Shown: in pieces, positions 27,537 to 35,405 of the stretch
Layout of the letters: every line of letters starts with the position of its first letter
How positions within the stretch are numbered: position 1 is the first letter of the stretch
Source: Planctomycetota bacterium
Lineage (GTDB): Bacteria; Planctomycetota; UBA11346
DNA length: 64,000 nucleotides
NCBI GenBank assembly: GCA_013816485.1
Contig: JACDEI010000003.1
Span: 77,988-141,987, forward strand
Reading direction: 5' to 3'
The notes under the pieces: model-generated
Told to the model about the DNA's origin: nothing
Seen by the model: only the letters and a program-made list of their open reading frames with translations
The model's database searches: none
Made by a program: the position numbers and the translations under genes

Positions 27537-27632
27537 GTTTTCGGTTCTCTGACTTTCGCTTCTCTGACCTTCGCCGCTGCGCGGCGACCGCCCTTCGGGC
27601 GGTGACGGCTGCGCCGTCAGGATCAGAGAACC
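27523..27632. repeat. Tandem 15-16-mers (TTTCGGTTCTCTGAS x3) plus a GC-rich UUCG stem-loop closed by GGTTCTCTGA/TCAGAGAACC
   Basis: tttcggttctctgag ttttcggttctctgac tttcgcttctctgac overlaps the CDS end. CCGCCCTTCGGGCGG is at 27588-27602 and gtcaggatcagagaacc at 27616-27632. The layout is terminator-like, between convergent genes. Confidence 0.75.
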
Positions 27633-27640
27633 TGTGTCCA

Positions 27641-28411
27641 TCAGGGGGTCTGGCGACCCCCCGACAACGCGGCTGCGCCGCTGCCCCCCGTGTGGTCAGG
27701 GATGTTTTTCTTTGTTGTTGTCGCGTATTCGCCCGGGCCCGGTGTGCGCGCGAGGCACACCAGATCCACGCGTTTTGCTCCGGCTTGGCGCAGTGCAGCG
27801 GCGGCGGCGCTGGCGGTCGCGCCGGTGGTGATGAGGTCGTCGACCAGCACCACGTAGGCGGGCGCGGGTTTCACGCAGCGGAAGAGGCCGACGACGTTGG
27901 CGCGGCGTTCGGCGGGTGAGAGGCGGTGCTGCTCGGCGCCGAGGCGGGTGGTGGTCAGGAGGTGGCGCAGGGGCAGGTGCCAGCGGCGTGCGCCGGCTCG
28001 GGCGAGGGCACTGCCGAGATGTGGTCCCGGGCGGCGTCCCGGAGATGCTGGTACCGGCACCACCACGCCGCCGTTCGGTGCGTCGTCAGGTGGATCGGGC
28101 AGCAGATCGCCGAGTGCACGCACCGCTGCCGGTCGGCCCACCGTCTTCGCCAGACCGACGAGGTGGGCGATACCGCCGTGGTACGGGTGATCGACACGCA
28201 CCTGCTGGAGATGCGCCAGTCCGGCACCATCGCAGGCGCCACAACGCGCGTCGAGGTCACGGCGGGCCGCACCGCACCATGGACATGGATGTTCGAGGCG
28301 TGGCAGCGCGTGGATGCAGGTGGGGCACAGGCCTGGTCCGCCCGCGATCTGGCAGCCTGGGCACAACGACGGCAGCAGCAGATCGAGCACCGCGCTGACC
28401 AGCGTACGCAC
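27641..28411 (-). CDS. comF: ComF-family phosphoribosyltransferase-like protein (256 aa)
   Basis: N-terminal Cys pairs are CPGC...CPTC and CPWC...CGAC. The PRTase motif is VVLVDDLITTGATASAAAAAL. GTG 28411 lies 2 nt after the ABC gene's stop codon (...TGAACGTG...). The longer track ORF would overlap that gene by about 200 nt. Confidence 0.7.
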   Translation of the reverse strand: MRTLVSAVLDLLLPSLCPGCQIAGGPGLCPTCIHALPRLEHPCPWCGAARRDLDARCGACDGAGLAHLQQVRVDHPYHGGIAHLVGLAKTVGRPAAVRALGDLLPDPPDDAPNGGVVVPVPASPGRRPGPHLGSALARAGARRWHLPLRHLLTTTRLGAEQHRLSPAERRANVVGLFRCVKPAPAYVVLVDDLITTGATASAAAAALRQAGAKRVDLVCLARTPGPGEYATTTKKNIPDHTGGSGAAALSGGRQTP

Positions 28412-28413
28412 GT

Positions 28414-29331
28414 TCAGTTGCCGATCAGATCGCGGAACACGTCTTCCAGGCTGCGACGTTCTTCGATCAGTTCGCGTACGCCGCCGTGTTGTTCCGCAAG
28501 CGCCACCAGATCGCCCCGGCGCTCGGCATCGGCTTCGATCGTCAGGGTGTCCACGTGGCTGTTGAGGATGTTCGCCCACGGATGGGTAGCGAGCGCGGTG
28601 CGCAGCCAAGTGGCATCACCGCTGCGCAGACGCAGCGCGACGCGGGTGACCTGCGCGGCCCGGCGACGCAAGGCGTCGATCGGTTCGGCGGCGACGGTGC
28701 GTCCGCGATGGACCACCACCACACGGCTGCAACTGGCTTCGACCTCGCTCAGGATGTGGGTCGAGAGCAGGATGGTGTGGCGTTCGGACAGGCGTTTGAG
28801 CAGGTCGCGGAAGTTCGCCACCTGCGACGGATCCAGACCGGAGGTCGGTTCATCGAGGATCAGGATCGGCGGCGAGCCGATCAGCGCCTGCGCCACGCCG
28901 ACGCGCTGGCGGTTGCCCTTCGACAGTTTGCGGATGTGCCGGTTGGCGTTCTCGCCGAGCCACGCCGCGTCGATGGCGTCGACCACTTCTTTGCGCCGGG
29001 CGGTGGCGTTCACGCCCTTGAGGCGCGCGACGTGGTCGAGGTAACCGCTCACCGTCATGTCGAGGTAGAGCGGCAGTTCCTCCGGCAGGTAACCGATCGA
29101 GCGGCGGCAACCGAGCGGATCGGCGAGCAAGTCGTGTCCGGCGATGGTCGCCGATCCGCCGCTCGGCGCGATGAAGCCGGTGAGGATCTTCATGGTCGTC
29201 GACTTCCCCGCGCCGTTGGGCCCGAGGAAGCCGACCACTTCACCACGTTCGAGGCTGAGGCTCACCCCATGCAGGGCCTGGAAGGGACCGTAATGTTTTG
29301 TCAGGCCCTGCGCGTCGAGGATCGCCACCAT
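28414..29331 (-). CDS. ABC transporter ATP-binding protein (ABC-2/GldA-like)
   Basis: Motifs: Walker A GPNGAGKSTT, signature LSKGNRQRVGVAQAL, Walker B ILILDEPTSGLD. No permease gene is adjacent. Confidence 0.9.
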   Translation of the reverse strand: MVAILDAQGLTKHYGPFQALHGVSLSLERGEVVGFLGPNGAGKSTTMKILTGFIAPSGGSATIAGHDLLADPLGCRRSIGYLPEELPLYLDMTVSGYLDHVARLKGVNATARRKEVVDAIDAAWLGENANRHIRKLSKGNRQRVGVAQALIGSPPILILDEPTSGLDPSQVANFRDLLKRLSERHTILLSTHILSEVEASCSRVVVVHRGRTVAAEPIDALRRRAAQVTRVALRLRSGDATWLRTALATHPWANILNSHVDTLTIEADAERRGDLVALAEQHGGVRELIEERRSLEDVFRDLIGN

Positions 29332-29362
29332 GTTGGCACCTTAGCGGAAGAAGGATGCCGGC

Positions 29363-29950
29363 TCAACGATGACGGAAGACCGGGACGGGGATCGGCACCG
29401 GCAGGCGGTGACCTCCGACCCGCACGGTGGGGAAGGCGATCGACGGACGTGGCAGGCGGACGTGGACCGCCGGGCGATGCACCACTGGCGGCGGGCAGTG
29501 GACCACCGGGCGCGGCGGCGGGCAGTGGACCACCGGCGGCGGGCAGTAGCCGCTGTTGTAGCCGTAGCTGTGCTGGTAGCCGTGCTGGTAGCCGTAGCCG
29601 TAGCCGGTACCTACCACCACGGTGGTGGTAGGGCGCGGTTGCTGCACCACCACGACCTGCTGCTGTGGCGGGCACGGCGGCGGCGCAATCGCGACCTGTT
29701 CGTAGTGGCCCTCGACCCACACCATGCCGTTGGCACCCTGGGCCCAGCGGCCTTCAACCCAGGTGGTGGTGGTAGCCGGAGCATGCTGCACCACCGTGGT
29801 GGTGGTCTGCCAGTAACCCTGGCGCCACTGATACTGGCCACTGCTGTTTTCCCAGCGGCCTTCGATCCAGATGGAGCCGTCGGCCGCACCGGCCGTGGCG
29901 ATGGCGGTGGCGAGCAGGGTGGCGCAGGCGAGCAGGAGGGGGAAGCGCAT
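29363..29950 (-). CDS. Secreted WxxGxW-repeat protein with a Gly/Tyr- and Pro-rich tail (195 aa)
   Basis: ATG 29950 with signal peptide MRFPLLLACATLLATAIATAGA. The repeats are WIEGRWENSSGQYQWRQGYW and WVEGRWAQGANGMVWVEGHY. The tail is GYGYGYQHGYQHSYGY followed by VVHCPPP x3. Confidence 0.6.
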   Translation of the reverse strand: MRFPLLLACATLLATAIATAGAADGSIWIEGRWENSSGQYQWRQGYWQTTTTVVQHAPATTTTWVEGRWAQGANGMVWVEGHYEQVAIAPPPCPPQQQVVVVQQPRPTTTVVVGTGYGYGYQHGYQHSYGYNSGYCPPPVVHCPPPRPVVHCPPPVVHRPAVHVRLPRPSIAFPTVRVGGHRLPVPIPVPVFRHR

Positions 29951-30118
29951 GGTCGGGTCCTCGGAAGGAGGGAGGGATGACGCTGACGCTGGTGATAGGT
30001 TGCACCCCCTCGGCCTTGTTCCAGCAATGTTCTCATCCGCTATCAACAAGCCGTCTTCTTGAGTGCAACCAGTAGAAAGGTCAACGACTTGCGCCTGACG
30101 ACGTATTCCTCCGCCAAG

Positions 30119-32164
30119 ATGTCTCGCCACCTCGTCCTGAACTGCTGTCTGGGTCTGGGCGCGGTGTCGCAGGTTGTGGCTGCCGAGGCCGAGCAGGTGG
30201 TGGTCACCAGCACCGCGGGCGACGCGCGCGATCCTCTGACTACACCGGTGGCGGTCCACGTCATCGATCAGGCGCAGGCGGAGTCCAACCGTGGAGCGTG
30301 GATCGGTGATTCGCTCAATCAGTTGCCGGGTGTCTACCAAGCACGTTTGCGTGGTGTGGTCGATGTGCCGACCATCCGCATGCCGCAGAGTTTCAAGAAT
30401 CATTATCTGTTTTTGCAGGATGGCGTGCCGCTGCAGTCGACGGTGATGTTCAACAGCAAGGCGTTGCTCTACAGCGCTGCGAGCACCTCACCCGGCGGCA
30501 TCGAAGTGCTCAAAGGTCCTGGGACTGCGCTCTACGGTTCCGATGCCATGGCGGCGGTGATCGATGTGCACAGTCGTGCGCCGCGAGCGGAACCCGGTGT
30601 GCAGGCGCGCGTGGGTGGCGGCATGTATGGCGGCCGTTCGTTGCGCGCTGAGGTCACCGGGGCCATCACGGATCAGCAACAGACGAGCGTCGCGATCGGT
30701 TACGATGGCGAGGACGGTTGGCGCGATCACAGCGCGTGGGATCGTCTGCAAGGTCTGGCGCGTCATCGCCTGCTGCTCGGTGACGCTACCATCGACACCA
30801 GTCTGCTCATCACCGGCTTCCGCTCCGAGATGACCGGGCAACTGTCGCCGACGGTTTACGCCAACGATCCGCAGGACGATGGCTTGGCCCCGGCAGTTCC
30901 GCTCGACGAGGCGACGGATGACGCGACCTACGTACGCTTGGCGAGCGCCATCCGCGCGCCGCTTGCTGAGGACGTGTGGCTGGAGGTCACGCCGTACCTA
31001 CGCGCGATCGACAACACCTACCTGGAGGTCTTCAATCCCGCGACCACGCCGCAGGATCGTGAGAAGACGGCGTCAGCCGGTTCGCTCAACCGGGTGCGGC
31101 TGCGTCCATGGCAGGACGGCGAGCTGCTCATCGGCACGGATGTGGAATGGACGCGCCTGGATTTTTCCGTCGATCAGAGCCGGCCCACCGCGGTTGTTGG
31201 TGGTTTCACCTCGTACCAGGGACCGCACTACGATTTCACCGTCGATCATCTGACGGTGGCACCGTGGTTGCAGCTCACGCAGCGTCTTGGCCAACGTTGG
31301 ATCGTCGACCTCGGCCTGCGCTTCGATTGGGCACGCTACGACTACGACGAACGCTTGGGACCTACCAGTGATCCGCAGGATCTGGTGTGGCGTCCACCCG
31401 ATCGCGTCGACATCTTTCATCAGCTCAGTCCCAAGGCCGGTGTGACGTATCTGCTGACGCCGGAACAGGCGTTGTTCGCGCGTTATGCCCACGGCTTCCG
31501 TCTGCCAGCAGCGGATGCGCTGTACGTGCTCGGCAATGGCCAGCAGGCATTCGCACTCGATCCCGAACAGGTCGACGCCTACGAGGTCGGTTGGAAGGGG
31601 CGCACGCCGACCGTGACCTGGGAAGTCGACGCCTATTGGTCGGATGCCTACGACGGCATCGTCGAAGACGTGGTCACCACCGGAGGGACCATCAGCACCA
31701 ATGGTGGACGTCGCTGGTATCGTGGCGTCGAAGTCGGCGGCACCTGGCAGATCATCGCTCCGCTCGATCTCGGCGTCGCGTATGCCCACACCTGGCACCA
31801 CATCGTGCGCTACCGCAGTGACGGCAACAGTCCGCAGGATGGTCAGGTACCGGCCAAGGCGCCGGCGGACCTGGCGAATCTACGACTTGGGGTCGAGCTG
31901 CTCAGCAACCTGCGCCTGGAAGCGGAACTCCAATGGCTCGGGCGCTGGTGGATGGATGATACCAATACCGCGCGCACACCCGACGAATGGTTGCTCAACC
32001 TGCGTGGTGTGTGGGCGATCACGCGTCAGTGGTCGGTTGATGCCACGGTAGTGAATTTGTTCGACGAGGCCTACGCCAGCACGGCAGAACGTTTCAGCTT
32101 CGGTGATCGCTACCGTCCTGGTCAGCCGTTCACGGTCAGTGCCGGAGTGACGTGGAATCATTGA
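30119..32164 (+). CDS. TonB-dependent outer-membrane receptor (681 aa)
   Basis: Signal peptide MSRHLVLNCCLGLGAVSQVVAAEA. The plug motifs are PVAVHVIDQAQ and IEVLKGPGTALYGSDAMAAVIDV. A long beta-barrel follows, ending FTVSAGVTWNH. Confidence 0.85.
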   Translation: MSRHLVLNCCLGLGAVSQVVAAEAEQVVVTSTAGDARDPLTTPVAVHVIDQAQAESNRGAWIGDSLNQLPGVYQARLRGVVDVPTIRMPQSFKNHYLFLQDGVPLQSTVMFNSKALLYSAASTSPGGIEVLKGPGTALYGSDAMAAVIDVHSRAPRAEPGVQARVGGGMYGGRSLRAEVTGAITDQQQTSVAIGYDGEDGWRDHSAWDRLQGLARHRLLLGDATIDTSLLITGFRSEMTGQLSPTVYANDPQDDGLAPAVPLDEATDDATYVRLASAIRAPLAEDVWLEVTPYLRAIDNTYLEVFNPATTPQDREKTASAGSLNRVRLRPWQDGELLIGTDVEWTRLDFSVDQSRPTAVVGGFTSYQGPHYDFTVDHLTVAPWLQLTQRLGQRWIVDLGLRFDWARYDYDERLGPTSDPQDLVWRPPDRVDIFHQLSPKAGVTYLLTPEQALFARYAHGFRLPAADALYVLGNGQQAFALDPEQVDAYEVGWKGRTPTVTWEVDAYWSDAYDGIVEDVVTTGGTISTNGGRRWYRGVEVGGTWQIIAPLDLGVAYAHTWHHIVRYRSDGNSPQDGQVPAKAPADLANLRLGVELLSNLRLEAELQWLGRWWMDDTNTARTPDEWLLNLRGVWAITRQWSVDATVVNLFDEAYASTAERFSFGDRYRPGQPFTVSAGVTWNH

Positions 32165-32179
32165 CGAGTTGTTGGCCGG

Positions 32180-32211
32180 TTCAGTGCCAGTTCAGTGCCA
32201 GCTCAGTGCCG
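32180..32211. repeat. Tandem 11-mer TTCAGTGCCAG x3 between convergent genes
   Basis: ttcagtgccag ttcagtgccag ctcagtgccg. The third unit supplies the stop codon of the minus-strand gene 32203..32760. Confidence 0.85.
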
Positions 32212-32760
32212 TTGTCCCAGCAAGTGATTGAGCCGCTCACCTAGACGATGCATGCGCTCGGGCCGGCTGAGGTCCGCCATCGCCACGGTGAAACTATTGT
32301 CACGCTGTTCGACGATCAGGCCTTCTTCCGGTAGGAAGGGCCACGGCTCGGCCGGTTGCCCAGGCACCGTCACCACGATGGTCCAGGGGCGACCGAAGCG
32401 ACCGGCTTCATGGCCGATGCTCTTGCGCACTTTCAAGACCACGCCCTTCCACGCACCGTCCGCCTGCCAACCGTTGGGGATGGGATTGATCTTGAAGCCC
32501 GCCTCTTTGAGCGTCGAGAGCAGGGGGCCGTCACCGAACGCGGGTTTCTGCGGCGCGCGTCGCAGCAGCAACAGACCGACCACGGCGAGCACCACACCAA
32601 GCGGGATGCCCCAGGCGGTGATCACGCTGGGCAACGGCAGTTGGGCGATCGCCGGCAACCATGCATAGGCAGCCAGCCACGCGCCGACGATGATTAAGCC
32701 AAGGGCGATCAGGGTTCGCACGATGCCCACCGTCGGCACCGCAGGCGGGGAATCAGCCAT
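32203..32760 (-). CDS. Hypothetical membrane protein (185 aa)
   Basis: ATG 32760 (MADSPPAVPT...). Two TM helices are present (IVRTLIALGLIIVGAWLAAYAWL, WGIPLGVVLAVVGLLLL), followed by a soluble C-domain. I recognise no motif. Confidence 0.5.
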   Translation of the reverse strand: MADSPPAVPTVGIVRTLIALGLIIVGAWLAAYAWLPAIAQLPLPSVITAWGIPLGVVLAVVGLLLLRRAPQKPAFGDGPLLSTLKEAGFKINPIPNGWQADGAWKGVVLKVRKSIGHEAGRFGRPWTIVVTVPGQPAEPWPFLPEEGLIVEQRDNSFTVAMADLSRPERMHRLGERLNHLLGQRH

Positions 32761-32810
32761 CTTTTTTCCCCGCTGTCGGCAGCGTGTGAGCAGGGCGCGA
32801 TGGCGCTGCA

Positions 32811-32877
32811 TCCGCCGATGTCCGCCGATGTCCGCCGATGTCCGCCGATGTCCGCCGATGTCCGCCGATGTCTGCCG
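32811..32877. repeat. Tandem 10-mer TCCGCCGATG x5 plus 2 variants in a divergent promoter region
   Basis: There are five perfect units (32811-32860), then tctgccgatg and tctgccg. The array lies between the start of 32203..32760 (-) and kinase start 32988 (+). Confidence 0.9.
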
Positions 32878-32987
32878 ATGTCTGCCGTCATATCGCGCGT
32901 GTGATGAGCAGCGTTAGGCCCGACCTGCCACAGCCTCGAAATCAGGGTAGCCAAGCAGGCTGGGCAGCGCACGATTACCGCCAACCC

Positions 32988-34094
32988 ATGGCGACCTCAA
33001 CCGTTCTGCGCTGTACTAGTTGCGATCTGGTGATCACTGGTGAGCCGCCTCCTGGAGGGAAATCTGCTCCCTGCCCCAGATGTGGGAAACCGCTGTCGGC
33101 CAAGCCGCCGGATCCCCTGGTTGGTCGCACCATCGGTGGTTGCCGCCTGATCAAACGCATCGGCATGGGCGCGATGGCAGTGGTCTACGAGGCGGAACAG
33201 CTCAGCAGCAAGCAACCGGTCGCGGTGAAGATGCTCACCGGCGAGGCCTCCAAAGACGAGGAGAACGGTCGCCGTTTCGCCCGTGAGGCCGAACTGTGCA
33301 TGGGTATCAACCATCCCAACGTGGTGGCGGTGCAGTCGCATGGCTGCGAGAACAAAATCTTCTTCATGATCATGGAACTGGTCGAAGGCTCGACCATGGA
33401 GGCGGTGATCGACCAGGATGGTGCGCGGCCCTGGCGTCAAGTCGCATCGTTCATCCTCCAGATCGCGCAGGCGCTCGACCACATCAGCAAGCTCGGGATC
33501 ATCCACCGCGATATCAAACCCGGCAACATCCTGCTAGCCCCGGGTGGCGTCGCGAAACTGCTCGACCTGGGTTTCGCCAAACGCGTCGGCGATGGCGACA
33601 GCGATCGCATGCGTGCACAACAGGGCGAACTGACCATGCAGGGCGTGTCGATGGGTTCACCCGCCTACATGCCACCGGAGCAGGTGCTCGACGCCAAGAA
33701 TGCCGACACCACCGCTGACATCTATTCGCTCGGCGCGACGTTCTTCCACGCGATCACCGGCCAGACGCCGTTCAACGGCAAAACCGCCTACGAGATCATG
33801 GAGAAAGTCCTGCGTCAGCCGCCACCACCGGCGAACAAACTGGTGCCGAACGTGCCCAAGGCCATCAGCCAGCTCATCGAGTGGACGATGCAAAAGGATC
33901 CCATTCTTCGCCCGGCCAGCGCCGGTGATTTCATCCGCGAGTTGGAAGTGGCGATGTTCGCACCCGACGACAGCAAACGGATCAAGAAGCTGCGCAGTTC
34001 GCAGAAGGGCACCATGGCCACCACGGTGATCATCGTGGGTGTGGCAGTGGTGGTGGTGGTGCTGGTCGCGGCGGTGTGGTTCTTCACCAAGTGA
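32988..34094 (+). CDS. Hanks-type Ser/Thr protein kinase with N-terminal zinc ribbon and C-terminal TM anchor (368 aa)
   Basis: The zinc ribbon is CTSC...CPRC. Kinase motifs are VAVKML, HRDIKPGNILL, DLGFAK and SPAYMPPEQ. The C-terminal TM is ATTVIIVGVAVVVVVLVAAVWFF. The track start at 32838 is a translation of the 10-mer repeat. Confidence 0.85.
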   Translation: MATSTVLRCTSCDLVITGEPPPGGKSAPCPRCGKPLSAKPPDPLVGRTIGGCRLIKRIGMGAMAVVYEAEQLSSKQPVAVKMLTGEASKDEENGRRFAREAELCMGINHPNVVAVQSHGCENKIFFMIMELVEGSTMEAVIDQDGARPWRQVASFILQIAQALDHISKLGIIHRDIKPGNILLAPGGVAKLLDLGFAKRVGDGDSDRMRAQQGELTMQGVSMGSPAYMPPEQVLDAKNADTTADIYSLGATFFHAITGQTPFNGKTAYEIMEKVLRQPPPPANKLVPNVPKAISQLIEWTMQKDPILRPASAGDFIRELEVAMFAPDDSKRIKKLRSSQKGTMATTVIIVGVAVVVVVLVAAVWFFTK

Positions 34095-34144
34095 TGGCCA
34101 CGAGCTACGGACCACAGGTCCGTTGGCTGACGTCGATTGCGAAC

Positions 34145-34200
34145 CTGTAGTCTGAGTCTGTAGCCCGTAGCCAGTAGCGAGTAGCGAGTAGCCCGTAGCC
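34145..34200. repeat. Degenerate heptamer array (GTAGCSN)n between convergent genes
   Basis: ctgtagtctgagtctgtagcccgtagccagtagcgagtagcgagtagcccgtagcc, read directly. Confidence 0.75.
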
Positions 34201-35405
34201 TATCCCAGCAGTGCCTGCGTCCGCTTCTTGAGCGTCGACTCGAACGATACCTGTTTGATCGCAATGAGCTTACGCAGCTCGGTGTCTTTCAGTGCTTTGA
34301 CCGCAGCACCGGGCAGGTGTTTGGCCAACACGTCCAGATTGCCAACGGCGTCCTGCAAGCCGGCCATCGCGCGGTAGTAACCGAGTTGGCCGGGAACCTT
34401 GCGGCAGCCGTTGACCAGCGCGGTGAGCAGTTCGCCGCGTGAGGCCATGCTGAAATCGGGATGGGTTCCGAGCTTCCGTCCCCAGTCGTCGAAACACGGA
34501 CCGAGTGGCAGCAGGAATTCTGCCGACGCACGCAGCGCGCGGACTTCGCGCAGTGGGTAGTGGCGGTGTCCTTCAGCGGCGAGCAGTTCCTTGTAGAGCC
34601 GCGCAGCGACCTGGTAGATCCCGTCGTAGGGCTGGGCGTTCTCGTGCGCCAGACGACGCAGGCGTTCAGCATAGGGATGACGTTCCTGCTCGCGCCACGA
34701 GCGCAGACCCTGATCCACGTCGCCGACGTTGTGCGTCAGGATCGCGGCCAGACGCAACAGGTCGATCTCGCCGTCCTTCACCTGGCGTTGCGCGCGGAAG
34801 GCGGCGACTTCACGTGCCAGTTCCGCGTCGACGGCGGCGAACAGACGCTCTGCACGTGCGGTGTCGTTCAGGCGCAGGAAGCAGCCGAGCGCACCGACGG
34901 CGACACCCAGCCATTCACCGTCGTGACCGCCGACCGGTTCGTGGCCGGGGGCGGCGATCCAGCGGGCGGAATAGACGCGCTGGTCCCAGTTTTTCGCGGC
35001 GAACACGGCGTCAGCCATGCGTTCGAGCGCAGCACGATCGGTGTCGGGGTGCCACAACGCGTCGCGGATCTTGGTGTCGACATCGGTCGGAACGAAGGTC
35101 GCCACACTCGCCATGTGGCAGGCGAGGCAGAGCGCGAAGTAGTCGACGTGCGCCTCGGGGGTCTTCGGCGATTCGTCGGCAAGGCGTCGTCCGTGGCGCA
35201 GGATCTGCAACCAGCCGTGCGGGGTGTCGACCAGATCGATCAGCCGCGCGGGTTCCGGCGCTTCCGCGATCAGGCGGCGGCCGTGTCCACCGAACCAGTA
35301 CGGCGCGGTGTTGCGCACCAGGGACAGCAGGTTCTCTGGCCCGATGAAGCCGCCGAAATCACGCAGCGGATCGCTGCTGCCGCTGCCGCTGCTGCCGCTG
35401 CTCAC
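34200..35405 (-). CDS. Hypothetical all-alpha-looking protein (401 aa), translationally coupled to the LRR kinase
   Basis: The GTG start at 35405 overlaps the kinase stop (GTGA). The N-terminus is a Ser/Gly tract (SSGSSGSGSS). GC3-rich codon usage continues throughout. I recognise no motif. Confidence 0.6.
   Translation of the reverse strand: MSSGSSGSGSSDPLRDFGGFIGPENLLSLVRNTAPYWFGGHGRRLIAEAPEPARLIDLVDTPHGWLQILRHGRRLADESPKTPEAHVDYFALCLACHMASVATFVPTDVDTKIRDALWHPDTDRAALERMADAVFAAKNWDQRVYSARWIAAPGHEPVGGHDGEWLGVAVGALGCFLRLNDTARAERLFAAVDAELAREVAAFRAQRQVKDGEIDLLRLAAILTHNVGDVDQGLRSWREQERHPYAERLRRLAHENAQPYDGIYQVAARLYKELLAAEGHRHYPLREVRALRASAEFLLPLGPCFDDWGRKLGTHPDFSMASRGELLTALVNGCRKVPGQLGYYRAMAGLQDAVGNLDVLAKHLPGAAVKALKDTELRKLIAIKQVSFESTLKKRTQALLG

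Noticed and set aside
29951-30118. Riboswitch (for example cobalamin) upstream of the TonB-dependent receptor.
   Set aside because: The leader is only about 170 nt and shared with a divergent gene. It has no B12 box or other riboswitch core that I could recognise.
32838-32987. 50-codon N-terminal extension of the kinase (MSADVRRCPPMSADV...).
   Set aside because: It is the translated 10-mer array. The kinase's zinc ribbon begins right after ATG 32988.
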